Shown here in pieces: positions 10,643-21,129 of a DNA stretch of 64,000 nucleotides. The translations under genes and the position numbers were made by a program. The DNA lies in contig DASRSL010000273.1 in assembly GCA_035656495.1 (NCBI GenBank), positions 8,524-72,523 of the forward strand, read 5' to 3'. The notes beneath the pieces are model-generated. The model saw only the letters and a list, made by a program, of their open reading frames with translations. It searched no databases and was not told the DNA's origin. Every line of letters begins with the position of its first letter. Within the stretch, counting starts at the first letter, position 1. This DNA is from Roseiarcus sp. Lineage in GTDB: Bacteria > Pseudomonadota > Alphaproteobacteria > Rhizobiales > Beijerinckiaceae.

Positions 10643-10759
10643 TGACCGCGGTCGGACGAAGGGTCGTCGTCGTCCGGGCTTTCATCAAGAAGACGCAAAA
10701 GACGCCGCGCGCCGAGATCGAGCTTGCGCTCGCGCGAGCTGATGAGATCGAATGACAAT
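10643..10759 (+). repeat. Direct repeat copy 2: 3' fragment of the RelE/HigB toxin gene in the intact frame
   Basis: Encodes TAVGRRVVVVRAFIKKTQKTPRAEIELALARADEIE* followed by ATGACA. Confidence 0.88.
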
Positions 10760-10819
10760 GTTGGCGCGGCACGCCGGCGAAGATCCACGATGAACCTGCC
10801 CATCATGGTCCTTCGGCAT

Positions 10820-11118
10820 TCAGGAGACTTGAACGGCGTCTCGCTCGATGCTTTCCCTCATCAGCGGTGGAGCGCATTTCGCGTCGTGATCGTGACCGGA
10901 ATGCCGAGCGCCACCGAAATTTCCTCCTCGATTTGCATTAGGCGGAACATGTTCGGAATTTTCGCTTCCGGGTCGTAATCGATGAAGAGGTCGAGGTCGC
11001 TGTCGAGTCGCTGCGCGCCAACGGCCCGAGAACCGAAGATGAATAATCCTGTCACGCCGTTGTCGCGCAGGGCGGCGTCGTACGCCCTCAGCACCTCGAT
11101 CAATTCGGCTCGGTTCAT
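10820..11118 (-). pseudogene. Minimal nucleotidyltransferase (MNT antitoxin), frameshifted near the 3' end
   Basis: LFIFGSRA.G....DSDLDLFID; terminal PLMRESIERDAVQVS in a shifted frame; no HEPN partner visible. Confidence 0.75.
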
Positions 11119-11465
11119 GGGAGCCAACCAGCGCCTGCGGCGCGCCATTATGGATGAAAATGATGCCTGCTCCGGTGTCGTTGGTATGCGCTGAATGCAT
11201 AAGGATGCAGTCCGCCATTCTATTTTCGTAGCAGCGCATGGCGCCACAATTGGCGCAAGAAGACAAGTTTGCTGGTTCCGGAGCGAAAAGCCGAGCCAAC
11301 CGGCTCAAGACCGGGAGTTCGCTGGGGCGGCGGCCATGGTGGACACGCATTGTGCCGCCAACCGAGCGCAAGCTGGCCAAAGTCGGCGGTCAATCGCCGA
11401 TGTCGCCAGGTGGCGATAAGCTTTCAAGGCTTTGCGGCGCCATTTCCGGTCGCTTTGCCCGCGCC

Positions 11466-11765
11466 GTCGTAGCCGCGACGTCGAGGACGAGCTGCCGGAT
11501 CGCACGGTGAAGACGTTCTTCGTCCCCATGGCCGAGGAGCAGGCCAAGCGCTACGGCGATTATGAATATATGGCCAGAGGCTCGCCGCCATCGCGCGCCG
11601 TCGCCCGCTGACCCAGGAGGAGTTCGAGCGCCTGCAGCAGTACCTCGCCTGCATGCGGGATGATCTGCGACACGCCCGCCATCCTCGATCCCGAATGCCG
11701 CGTCTGCCCGAAGCTCGAGGAGCTCGAAGGCCTGCTGGGCGAGCTCCTCGAGGAGCCCAGGCGCT
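11466..11765 (+). pseudogene. Internal fragment of a SNF2-like helicase with frameshifts
   Basis: RRSRDVEDELPDRTVKTFFVPMAEEQ...LACMR/MICDTPAILD...PKLEELEGLL resembles the SNF2 inter-domain linker. Confidence 0.6.
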
Positions 11766-12016
11766 GGCGAGAGGATCAAGGGTTAACGCAGGGGATAAAT
11801 TCCCCGATCTACGGTGGGCTGAATATGGCGCCGGCGAGGCTCATCGCGTGGCGGGGTCGGCTTGAAAGGGCCATGGCGCATGCGACGTGAGGCTCTCGGC
11901 GAGGAAACGCGTGATCTCCGCCACGCTCCCGCTCGGCTCATCATTTAAAGTCTCACATACCGCTCATAGGTCATTAGTTAGGAGATCGCTGCTCAACGCG
12001 GATCGGGAGCTTCACA

Positions 12017-12268
12017 ATGCTATACAAAACTCTCTTCGCCTTGGCGCTGCTCGGCGCGCTGTCATTGCTAGCGCAAGAAGGAACTGCCCAGGAGACCCTT
12101 CATCAGGGCGCATGGCCGATTCAGAACGGGTTCAACCGCCAGCCCACTCCGAACAATCAGGATGTTACGAATAATCAGGCCCGCGAGGTCGACCGATTGT
12201 ATGACGAGCTTATGTCGAGCGGTGAAAACCGCGGCACACACCATCCCGGAATCGCACGAATGCGATGA
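12017..12268 (+). CDS. Small secreted hypothetical protein
   Basis: Signal peptide MLYKTLFALALLGALSLLA; GGAG RBS upstream. Confidence 0.65.
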   Translation: MLYKTLFALALLGALSLLAQEGTAQETLHQGAWPIQNGFNRQPTPNNQDVTNNQAREVDRLYDELMSSGENRGTHHPGIARMR

Positions 12269-12493
12269 ATGTAAGCCCGTCGACGGCCAAGCTCACTGCA
12301 GTCACGGCCAGCGCTACAGCGGCGTCATCCTCAGTCCGCTCGCCAGGCGCTGCGTGGACGAGGCGATCCACGCGCTGACGCGCGCCGTCGACGGGGAATG
12401 GCGGGTGGCGATACGGCGCCGATGCGACGCAGATTCGTGTTACACCGCGTTAAGCTGCCTGTCATTGCTCGCAACACGAAGATGGAGGATTCC

Positions 12494-12997
12494 ATGTCAC
12501 GAGCGGAAGACGAAGTGAGCCGGCTGCTCGCCAGCGCGTCGAAGACGATGGGCGAGGCGCGGTGTTGCTGGCTGGTCACATCGACCGGAAGCGGCGGCGT
12601 GGAAGCGCGCCCGATGGGGCGGCTGCCGCCGGAGCCTGACGACGATGCGTGGACGCTCCGCTTCATCACTGACGGGCGTTCGCACAAGGCCGCCGAGACC
12701 AAGCGCGCCAGCCAGGTCGCGGTGATCTTCCAGCACAACACCGAGGACGCTTACGTCACCGTGATCGGCGCCGGGTCGGTGCAGGACAGCGCCGCCGAGG
12801 TCCGCCGGCTTTGGAAGTCCGGCTATGACGGGTTCTTCCCCACCGAGACCGACCGTGCGAATGCGATTTTCCTCGAGGTCGCCGCCCGCCGCCTCGAGCT
12901 CTGGATCCGCGGGGTGACGCCGGAGCCGTTCGCGATGGAGACGACGGTCCTTGAGCGCGATGCCGGAGGCGCGTGGCGGTTGGCTGGCGGGCGGTGA
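12494..12997 (+). CDS. Pyridoxamine 5'-phosphate oxidase-like / general stress protein
   Basis: ARPM..., LRFITDGRSHK, YVTVIG; GGAGG RBS. Confidence 0.8.
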   Translation: MSRAEDEVSRLLASASKTMGEARCCWLVTSTGSGGVEARPMGRLPPEPDDDAWTLRFITDGRSHKAAETKRASQVAVIFQHNTEDAYVTVIGAGSVQDSAAEVRRLWKSGYDGFFPTETDRANAIFLEVAARRLELWIRGVTPEPFAMETTVLERDAGGAWRLAGGR

Positions 12998-13139
12998 AGC
13001 GGCCTGATGAGGGTTCGGGCGTGGGAGTGATGCGTGGCGGCTGGCAGGTGGCGCTGCATGATCCCCTTCGTCCCGAGCCGACGCGAGCCGGATCTCGGGC
13101 GTGCCGCCGCCGACGGCCTGAGGCTCGAGACTTCGGCTG

Positions 13140-13307
13140 TGCAACGATTTGGAATGCGTTGCCCCAGGCGATGTGGGCCGGCCTTCTGTTTCGACCATCA
13201 ACTTTCCCTATGTCGGCCGGATCAGGGCCGCGGGGGGGACCGCGGACCAGCTGGGCCGCACGATCGAAAGGCGGCTCATCAAGCTCGAGATCCTCAGGGG
13301 TTCGTGA
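13140..13307 (+). pseudogene. Fragment of a Wza-like polysaccharide export gene
   Basis: TINFPYVGRIRAAGGTADQLGRTIERRL resembles the Poly_export motif. Confidence 0.5.
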
Positions 13308-13470
13308 TACGAGACGGTGACTGGGCGAATTGCTGGGCAAACCGGCCAACCTCGCGTTTCGGCGCAGACGCACGGTCGAAAGCCCCGCTCTGACCAGCAG
13401 AAACACTTGTCTTTTCAACTGAATACATAGGCAGAGCCAAGAGCGAAAAGCGCCATTCGTGGCATGACCA

Positions 13471-13512
13471 CGTGGATGGCCGGGACAAGCCAGGACAAGC
13501 CCGGCCATGACG
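13471..13512. repeat. Rhizobial-type palindromic repeat
   Basis: cgtggatggccgggacaagcc-caggacaagcccggccatgacg. Confidence 0.7.
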
Positions 13513-13584
13513 CCGGAGTGGTCGCCCGGAATTGCCCCGATTACGCGAGACAAATGGTTTCGCGGCCTCTCGCGTCTTTTAGGT

Positions 13585-14598
13585 TCAGGGCTTCTCCCAC
13601 GTTCCCCGTTCGGCCGAGCGGAACAGCGCATCGATGACGCGCATGTTCAGGACGGCGTCCTCGAGCGGGAACTCGAGCGGCCCCTCGCCGAGCGCGGCGC
13701 GGGAAAACGCGTCGCCCTGCAGCGTGTACTGATCGCAGACCGGGAATTCCTCCACCCGCGCCCCGCCGCCGAACAAATCCTCGCCGGTGTCGATCATGAT
13801 CCTCGTCGGACGATCGGGAGGCGCGTTGAAGGGGATCGCAACCTCCATCCGCCCCGCGTCCCCGACGATCGTAACGCGCTGATGCCCCGACAACTGTGTG
13901 GCCACGCTGAGGGTCAGGTGACGAGCGCCGGGGAATTCGACAATCGCGCTGACCAGCCGATCGGTGCGGAAATTCGGGTCGCGGTCGAGCGTCGCGATGA
14001 CGCGCGTGGGCTCGGCCCCGAAAATGTAGCGCGCCGTCAGAACGGCGTAGCAGCCGATGTCGTAGAGCCCCCCGCCGCCCGGCGGCCGGTTGCGCAGGTT
14101 GCCCGGATCGAGCAGGCGATAGGAGAAGAAGGTCTGGATCGCGTTAACCGCGCCGATCGCTCCGGCCGAGACCAGCTCACGCGCCCGGCGCCACTGCGGA
14201 TGGTAGCGGACCATGAAGGCTTCCGCGGCCAGCTTGCCCGAGCGCTCGCGCGCCTCGATCAGCGATCGCGCGCCGTCAGCGTTGAGCGCAATCGGCTTCT
14301 CGCACAGGACGTGCTTGCCGGCTTCAAGCGCTTTCACCGACCAGGGGATGTGCAGGTCGTTTGGCAGAGGGTTGTAGACAGCCTCGATCTCGGAATCGGC
14401 CAGGAGCTCTTCGTAGGAGCCGTAGGCGTGCGGAATTGCGAGTCGCTCCGCCGCCGCACGCGCTTTCCCAAGATCGCGCGAAGCGATCGCGGCGATTTGC
14501 GACACCTCGCCACGCTGCATCGCCGGAATCACCTTTTCCACGGCGATCTTGGCGACGCCGAGGACCCCCCATTTCAATTTGCGCACCGCCGCCTCCAC
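13585..14598 (-). CDS. Gfo/Idh/MocA family oxidoreductase
   Basis: AGKHVLCEKP, GGGLYDIGCY. Confidence 0.93.
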   Translation of the reverse strand: MEAAVRKLKWGVLGVAKIAVEKVIPAMQRGEVSQIAAIASRDLGKARAAAERLAIPHAYGSYEELLADSEIEAVYNPLPNDLHIPWSVKALEAGKHVLCEKPIALNADGARSLIEARERSGKLAAEAFMVRYHPQWRRARELVSAGAIGAVNAIQTFFSYRLLDPGNLRNRPPGGGGLYDIGCYAVLTARYIFGAEPTRVIATLDRDPNFRTDRLVSAIVEFPGARHLTLSVATQLSGHQRVTIVGDAGRMEVAIPFNAPPDRPTRIMIDTGEDLFGGGARVEEFPVCDQYTLQGDAFSRAALGEGPLEFPLEDAVLNMRVIDALFRSAERGTWEKP

Positions 14599-14629
14599 TC
14601 ATCAGTGTCTGTCTCAAAAGCCCACCATT

Positions 14630-14750
14630 CTCGTCCTGAGGCGCCCCGAAGGGGCCTCGAAGGACGATTGGCGTGGGCGGCGCCGCAAGCGTCCTCTGGA
14701 GCATCCTTCGAGGCCCTTTGCTTTCGCAAAGGGCGCCTCAGGATGAGGTC
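14630..14750. repeat. REP/RIME-like inverted repeat pair
   Basis: ctcgtcctgaggcgccc..cctcgaagga / tccttcgaggcc..gggcgcctcaggatgag. Confidence 0.75.
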
Positions 14751-14790
14751 CGCGATTCTTGAAACTGACTCTCAACAATGGCCTTCCGCG

Positions 14791-15825
14791 CTAGCCTTTC
14801 GGCCCGGGCACGCGACCCTCGGCCTGACGCGCCAGCATCCATCCGGGGTACTCCGGCTTCAGCGCGCTGACCGCATCGAGCGTCGCGATCTCCTCGTCCG
14901 AGAGCGTGAGGTCCGCGGCCGCCAGATTGTCGTCGAGCTGCGCGATGGTCTTCGCCCCGATGATGACGCTCATGACCCCCTTACTCTGCAGGAGCCAGGC
15001 GAGCGCGATCCGGGCGACGGACGCATCGTGCGCCTTGGCGATCGGCGCCATTGCGTCGATGATGTCGTAAGCGCGCTCCTTGTCGACCGGCGGGAAGTCG
15101 AAAACGGCGCGGCGCGAGTCGTTGTCGCCCTTCTTGTCGCGGGTGAACTTGCCCGACAGGAAGCCGCCGGCAAGCGGGCTCCACACCATCACGCCGAGGC
15201 CTTGATCCTCGACGAGCGGAATGATTTCGCGCTCGAGCTCCCGACCGGCGATCGAGTAGTAGGCTTGCACCGTCTCGAAGCGCGCCCAGCCGTGCTTCTC
15301 GGAGATTCCGAGCGCTTTCATGATCTGCCATGCCGCCAGATTCGAGCAGCCGATCGTGCGCACGAGCCCCCGCGACACGCAGTCGTCGAGCGCCCGCAGG
15401 GTCTCTTCCATCGGCGTCACCGGATCGAATCCGTGGATCTGGTAGAGATCCACATGGTCGAGGCCGAGGCGCTTCAGGCTCGCGGCGATCTGATCCATGA
15501 TGTGGCCGCGCGACAGGCCGACCGCGTTCGGCCCCGGCCCCGTCCGCCCGCGGACCTTGGTTGCGATGATGACGTCCTCGCGCTTCACCCCGAGGTCGCG
15601 CAACGCCTGCCCGAGCTGCGCCTCCGACTGTCCTTCGGAATAGACGTTGGCGGTGTCGATGAAATTGACGCCCGCCTCGAGCGCGCGGGCGAGGAGCGCG
15701 GTTGATCCCGCCTGGTCGACCGTGCCGACAGCCCGCCAGAAGCCAGCGCCGCCGTGGAACGTCATCGTGCCGAGGCAGATTTCGGAGACGTATTGGCCGG
15801 TTCGGCCGAGCGGTCGATAGCGCAT
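14791..15825 (-). CDS. Aldo/keto reductase
   Basis: LGTMTF, FIDTANVYS, DLYQIH, WSPLAGGFLSGK. Confidence 0.95.
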   Translation of the reverse strand: MRYRPLGRTGQYVSEICLGTMTFHGGAGFWRAVGTVDQAGSTALLARALEAGVNFIDTANVYSEGQSEAQLGQALRDLGVKREDVIIATKVRGRTGPGPNAVGLSRGHIMDQIAASLKRLGLDHVDLYQIHGFDPVTPMEETLRALDDCVSRGLVRTIGCSNLAAWQIMKALGISEKHGWARFETVQAYYSIAGRELEREIIPLVEDQGLGVMVWSPLAGGFLSGKFTRDKKGDNDSRRAVFDFPPVDKERAYDIIDAMAPIAKAHDASVARIALAWLLQSKGVMSVIIGAKTIAQLDDNLAAADLTLSDEEIATLDAVSALKPEYPGWMLARQAEGRVPGPKG

Positions 15826-16019
15826 GCGAGCTCCTTGTTTTCGCGCCGTCCGCCGCGGCGCGCCATTTGTCTCGGCGGTCAAGTAAACGCCAAACCGCGG
15901 CGGGCGCAAATCGCGCTTCTGTGAACGGCATTGACATTGCGTGCATAGATGTGTCGCCCGGCTTAAGGGGGAACAGGAGCGCGAGCATTGACGTTCCGAT
16001 CAAAAATGGCGGCTCGCTC

Positions 16020-17075
16020 ATGCTGGATTCCGGGGTTGGCGCTTTTTCGGTCGACGTCGGCTTGCCCGCGGCAAGCCTCCGCTATGTCCGCGATAGCGGG
16101 CCAGCCATCCGCCGCCGCAGGGCCGGCAAGGGCTTCTTCTATCTCGACGCCAGGGGGAGACGGATAACCGATCCGGACGTCCTCAAGCGCATCCGCTCAA
16201 TCGTCATTCCGCCGGCCTGGACGGATGTCTGGATCTGTCCGGACGCCGAGGGGCACGTCCAGGCGACCGGGCGCGACGCGAAGGGACGAAAGCAGTACCG
16301 CTACCATGCCCACTATCGCGAGGCGCAGGAGGAGGCGAAGTTCGACCATCTGCTCCAGTTCGCCGAGGCGCTGCCTACAATCCGAGCGACGGTCACGGAA
16401 CACATGAGCCTGCGCGGCCTGCCGCGCGAAAAAATTCTCGCCACGGTGGTCTATCTGCTCGAGGCTACGCTCATCCGCGTCGGCAACGAGGAATATGCCA
16501 AGGCCAACCAGAGCTATGGCCTCACGACGCTGAAGGGGGAGCACGTCGAGGTCGACGGAACGGAAATCCGCTTTCAGTTCACCGGGAAAAGCGGCAGGCA
16601 ATGGTCGCTCGCTGTGCGCGACCGTCGGGTGGCGAAGATCATCCGCACTTGCCAGGAGTTGCCGGGACAGGACCTCCTGCAATATTTCGACGAGGACAAA
16701 CAGCTGCGCTCCGTCTCGTCGGGCGACGTCAACGACTATCTGAGGACGATCGCCGGCTACGGCGTCACCGCCAAGGATTTCCGCACTTGGGCGGGGACGG
16801 TCCTGATGACCCGTTTTCTCAAAGAGGCGGGGCCGTTCAACACGCTCAAGCAGGCGAAGCGAAGCCTGCGTGACGCCATCGGGCGTGTGGCCGCCGCACT
16901 CGGCAACACATCCGCCGTCTGCCGCAAGTCCTATATTCACCCGGCGGTGATCAGCGCCCATCTCGACGGCGCCCTCGTCCGCGAGGGCGTTGTGAAAGCC
17001 GGCGCCAGCGCAGGCGCGCGGGCGCGGGCACTACGCGCTGAGGAGGCCGCAGCGCTCGCGCTGCTGTGCGGGTAG
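16020..17075 (+). CDS. Bacterial DNA topoisomerase IB
   Basis: IPPAWTDVWI, GRKQYRY, IRVGNEEY, KDFRTW, VCRKSYIHP (catalytic Tyr). Confidence 0.94.
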   Translation: MLDSGVGAFSVDVGLPAASLRYVRDSGPAIRRRRAGKGFFYLDARGRRITDPDVLKRIRSIVIPPAWTDVWICPDAEGHVQATGRDAKGRKQYRYHAHYREAQEEAKFDHLLQFAEALPTIRATVTEHMSLRGLPREKILATVVYLLEATLIRVGNEEYAKANQSYGLTTLKGEHVEVDGTEIRFQFTGKSGRQWSLAVRDRRVAKIIRTCQELPGQDLLQYFDEDKQLRSVSSGDVNDYLRTIAGYGVTAKDFRTWAGTVLMTRFLKEAGPFNTLKQAKRSLRDAIGRVAAALGNTSAVCRKSYIHPAVISAHLDGALVREGVVKAGASAGARARALRAEEAAALALLCG

Positions 17076-17210
17076 GGCGCGGCGCATTTGCCGGAATTGG
17101 CGACGGCGCTTGTCCCGATCCTACGTCTGCTTTCACGGACCGCGAAAGCGCACATCCGCCTCGCGGCCCGCGCAAGCTCCAGCTTTGACTGGCCCCGCGC
17201 GCGATCCTTC

Positions 17211-18239
17211 CTACGCGCCCTTCCTCCGACGCTGCCGGTACTGGTCGGCGACGACGGCCGCGACGATGACGCCGCCCTTGATGATTTCCTGGTAGTGCGC
17301 GTCGACGTTGAGGAAAGTGAAGCCCGAGGTCAGAACGCCGAGGATGACCGCGCCGATGACGGTGCCTGTCATGCGTCCGACGCCGCCGGACAGCGACGTG
17401 CCGCCGATGACGGCGGCGGCGATCGCGTCGAGCTCGAAGCCGACCCCGACGCCGGCCTGGCCGCTGATCGCGCGCGCGGTGTGGACGATGCCGGAAAGGC
17501 CGGACAACAGGCCGGCCATCATGTAGACGAGCACGAGATGGCGCTCGACGTTGATGCCGGACACGCGAGCGGCGAGCGGATTGGCGCCGATCGCATAGGT
17601 GAACTTGCCGTAGCGGGTGTAGCGCAGCGCGATGTGGAAGATGAAGGCGACGGCAAGGAAGATGATGACCGGCCACCAGCCCGAGCCGATCGCCGCGAAG
17701 GAATCCGTGAGATTGCCGATCGGCTGGCCGTTCGTGTACCAGTCGGCGACGCCGCGCGCCGACACCATCATGCCGAGCGTGGCGATGAACGGCGGAATTT
17801 TCGTGAATGCGATCAGCCAGCCGTTTATGGCGCCGACGATGAGTCCGCAGACGAGGCCGGCCGCGACCGGGAAGATCGGATTGAGGCCGGTAAGGCTCGG
17901 ATAGATGGCGTGGGAATAGCCGGCGACCTGCGCCAGGCTCGCGGCGATCATTGCCGTCATGCCGACGACCGAACCGGACGACAAATCGATGCCGCCCATG
18001 ATGATGACCTGCGTCACGCCGACGGCGATGATGCCGATCTCGGCCTCCTGCAGGATCATGATTTTCAGGCGCAGCGGGTTGGCGATGAAACTCTGGCCGA
18101 CGAAGATCCAGCCCAGCACCTCGAAGAGCAACATCATGCCGATCATGACGCCGAGAATGCTGAGCTCGGGCGGCAGGCGCCGGCGTCCGGCGAGGGCGGG
18201 GTCGCTGGTTGGGGCGACGGTCGAAATGTCGGTGGCCAC
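17211..18239 (-). CDS. Inositol/sugar ABC transporter permease
   Basis: GGIDLSSGS, YAIGANPLAARVSG. Confidence 0.94.
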   Translation of the reverse strand: MATDISTVAPTSDPALAGRRRLPPELSILGVMIGMMLLFEVLGWIFVGQSFIANPLRLKIMILQEAEIGIIAVGVTQVIIMGGIDLSSGSVVGMTAMIAASLAQVAGYSHAIYPSLTGLNPIFPVAAGLVCGLIVGAINGWLIAFTKIPPFIATLGMMVSARGVADWYTNGQPIGNLTDSFAAIGSGWWPVIIFLAVAFIFHIALRYTRYGKFTYAIGANPLAARVSGINVERHLVLVYMMAGLLSGLSGIVHTARAISGQAGVGVGFELDAIAAAVIGGTSLSGGVGRMTGTVIGAVILGVLTSGFTFLNVDAHYQEIIKGGVIVAAVVADQYRQRRRKGA

Positions 18240-18272
18240 GGGGTGCGCCTCCTCGAGCGTTCGGCCGCGCCG

Positions 18273-19817
18273 CTATTGCGACGCGAGCTCCATGATTTTG
18301 ACCTGAGTTGCGTCCTTGCGATCGACGATGCCAGTCATGCGTCCCTCGTGCATGACCAGAACGCGGTCGCTCATGCCCAGCACTTCCGGCATTTCAGACG
18401 AGATCATCATGACCGCGACGCCCTGTCCGGCGAGCTCGGTGATGAGCTTGTGGATCTCCGCTTTGGCGCCGACGTCGATGCCGCGGGTCGGCTCGTCGAG
18501 GATGAGGATTCTCGGCCTGGTCATCAGCCACCGGGCGATCAGGACCTTCTGCTGATTGCCGCCGGAGAGGTTGAGCACCGGCTCCTCGAGGTCCGGCGTG
18601 CGCACCCTCAGGCGTTGCCTCTGCTGCTGGCAAAGCGCCTCGATCTCGCGCTCCTTGACGAAGCCCGCGCGCGCAAAGCCGTGGCGAAGCAGCGCGATCT
18701 GCATGTTGGCCATGATGTCGAGCAGGAGGAAGCAGCCGCTCTCCTTGCGGTCCTCGGTCAGGAACGCCATGCCGGCGTCCATCGCCATGCCGGGGTTCTT
18801 GATTGCGATCTCCTTGCCTTCGATCGCGATCGTACCGGAGGTTGCGGGGGTGACGCCGAACAACGTTTCGGCGACGTTGCTGCGCCCCGAGCCGACGAGA
18901 CCGGCAAAGCCGAGAATCTCGCCCTTGCGCAGGTCGAAGGAGACGTCGCGGAAGCGGCCCTCGAGCGTGAGGCCGCGCACAGACAGCGCGACGTCGCCGA
19001 TCGGAACCGTCTCTTTGGGGAACATCTGGGTGATTTCACGCCCGACCATCAGCCGGATGATGTCGTCGCGCGTCACTTCCGAGGCGGCGTGCTCGCCTAC
19101 GAAACGGCCGTCGCGGAACACCGACACTTCGTCGGCGATCTCGAACAGCTCGTTCATTTTATGGGTGATGTAGACGATGCCCTTCTCCCTGGCTTTCAGG
19201 GTCCGGATGATCCTGAACAGGTGTTCGACCTCGCGGTCTGTCAGGGCCGAGGTCGGCTCGTCCATGATGAGAATGTCGGAATCGTAGCTGACGGCCTTGG
19301 CGATCTCGACCATTTGCCGGTTGGCGACGGAAAGATCGCGCACCTCGGCTTCGGGATCGATCGGAATCTCGAGCTGCTCGAACAGGTCCTTGGTGCGCCG
19401 GCGCATCTCGTCATGGCGCACGAAGCCGAAGCCGTTCAGGGGCTCGCGGCGGATCCAGATGTTCTCGGCGACCGTCATATAATTCATCAGGTTCAGCTCC
19501 TGATGGATCATGGCGATGCCGTAGCGCAGCGCGTCGAGCGGCGAGGTTAGCTTGATCTCCTGGCCCTTCAGTTTGAACGAGCCGGAATCGGGGGTGTAGA
19601 CGCCCGCGATGATCTTCATCAGCGTCGACTTGCCCGCGCCGTTTTCTCCCATCAGGGCGTGGACGTGGCCGCGCTTCAGCCGGAACGACACGTCGTCGAG
19701 CGCCAGCACGCCTGGGAAGGCTTTGCGGACGCCCGCGACCTCGAGCAGGTATTCGGCCCCGGGCACGGCGCCGCTCTGCCGGATGATCTCGGCGGTCGAA
19801 GGACTGATGGTCGCCAT
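18273..19817 (-). CDS. Inositol/sugar ABC transporter ATP-binding protein
   Basis: Walker [18 protein letters not shown]. Confidence 0.95.
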   Translation of the reverse strand: MATISPSTAEIIRQSGAVPGAEYLLEVAGVRKAFPGVLALDDVSFRLKRGHVHALMGENGAGKSTLMKIIAGVYTPDSGSFKLKGQEIKLTSPLDALRYGIAMIHQELNLMNYMTVAENIWIRREPLNGFGFVRHDEMRRRTKDLFEQLEIPIDPEAEVRDLSVANRQMVEIAKAVSYDSDILIMDEPTSALTDREVEHLFRIIRTLKAREKGIVYITHKMNELFEIADEVSVFRDGRFVGEHAASEVTRDDIIRLMVGREITQMFPKETVPIGDVALSVRGLTLEGRFRDVSFDLRKGEILGFAGLVGSGRSNVAETLFGVTPATSGTIAIEGKEIAIKNPGMAMDAGMAFLTEDRKESGCFLLLDIMANMQIALLRHGFARAGFVKEREIEALCQQQRQRLRVRTPDLEEPVLNLSGGNQQKVLIARWLMTRPRILILDEPTRGIDVGAKAEIHKLITELAGQGVAVMMISSEMPEVLGMSDRVLVMHEGRMTGIVDRKDATQVKIMELASQ

Positions 19818-19960
19818 GGCGCTTCGTCCCCATGTTATTCGGCGCCGCCCGTATGGGCTTGCGCCGTTGGCGCCAAATGGCGCCAACGAAGGCCGGAGGC
19901 GATAAAAACGCTCGCCTCCGGCGCCGCTTTCGCGGGGCGGCCGGTTCGCGTGCGAGCCGC

Positions 19961-20890
19961 TCAGTTCTTCTTCATGAACTTGTCCATATTGTCCGGGGTC
20001 ACGAGCTGGAAGGGGATGTAGACCTTCTTCTCGACCGACTTGCCGCCGGCGAGCGCGAGCGCCGCGTCCACCGCGCCCTTGCCCTGGCCGGCGGCGTCCT
20101 GGAACACGGTCACTTTCAGGTCGCCCCCTTTCATCGACGCCAGCGCATCCTGCGTCGCGTCGACTCCGCCGACAACCGCCTTCTTGGTGTCGATTCCGGC
20201 GGCCTTCATCGCCTGCAAGGCGCCGACCGCCATCTCGTCGTTATTGGAGACGACGGCGTCGAACTTGAGGCCCTTCGACAGCCAGTTGGTCATCAGGTTC
20301 TGGGCCTGAGTGCGGTCCCAGTTGGCGGTCTGCTCGGCGATGATCTTCATGCCCTTGCAGTCGGGAGTGGCGATGACGTCGTGGATGTCCTTGGTGCGCT
20401 GCACGGCCGCCTGATTGGACAGCTGTCCCTCGATGACAAGAATGTTGCCCTTGCCGCCGAGAAGCTTGCAGACCTGCTTGGTCTCGAGCGTGCCGGACTC
20501 GGCCTCGTTCGAGGCGACGAAAGCGGCTTTCGGCCCGAGCTTGTCGACGTCGGTCGGCTCGCGGTTCACGTAGATGAGCGGCACGCCGGCGTCGGCGGCG
20601 GCCCTGGTGATGGCTGCGGTTGCCGAGGTGTCGACCGGGTTGACGATGATCGCGTCGACTCCGTTTGCGATGAAGTTCTGCACCTGGCTCAGCTGCTTCG
20701 AGACATCGTCCTTGGCGTCTTCGATCTGAAGCGACACGCCGGGCAGCGTCTTGGCGTAGTCGGCCATGCCGTTGCGCAGTACGGTGAGGAAGTTGTCGTC
20801 GAACTTGTCGATCGACACGCCGATCTTCGCGGCGAAGGCGGGGCTCGAGAGCACGGTGGCGGCGGCGAGCGCAATGAGCATGCGTTTCAT
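19961..20890 (-). CDS. Inositol/rhizopine-type periplasmic binding protein (MocB-like)
   Basis: [38 protein letters not shown]. Confidence 0.88.
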   Translation of the reverse strand: MKRMLIALAAATVLSSPAFAAKIGVSIDKFDDNFLTVLRNGMADYAKTLPGVSLQIEDAKDDVSKQLSQVQNFIANGVDAIIVNPVDTSATAAITRAAADAGVPLIYVNREPTDVDKLGPKAAFVASNEAESGTLETKQVCKLLGGKGNILVIEGQLSNQAAVQRTKDIHDVIATPDCKGMKIIAEQTANWDRTQAQNLMTNWLSKGLKFDAVVSNNDEMAVGALQAMKAAGIDTKKAVVGGVDATQDALASMKGGDLKVTVFQDAAGQGKGAVDAALALAGGKSVEKKVYIPFQLVTPDNMDKFMKKN

Positions 20891-20982
20891 GACGGCTTCC
20901 TCCCTCGGCGCGGACGGCGCCGTTTGGTTTCGCGTGGGCCCGGTTGACGGAATGATCGGTCAGCGGCGGGCGACGGTATTGT

Positions 20983-21026
20983 GTAACAAACGTTCCAAAA
21001 ATAATCAAGAGCGGAATAATCGTTCC
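20983..21026. promoter_or_regulatory. Two IolR-like operators (GGAA-N6-TTCC)
   Basis: GGAAtaatcgTTCC at 21013-21026 and GTAAcaaacgTTCC at 20983-20996 in an AT-rich region upstream of the binding-protein gene. Confidence 0.6.
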
Positions 21027-21129
21027 AAAAAGAATTTCGATATATAACACGCTAATTATGTATAATGTGCGCGCAGGAAAGCCTGAATCACCTCAGGACG
21101 GCTGCCGGTCAAGGACGCGTCAGTCGACC

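Noticed and set aside
13507-19550. Long + strand ORFs (732 aa and 820 aa)
   Set aside because: Antisense shadows of clear minus-strand genes in GC-rich DNA.
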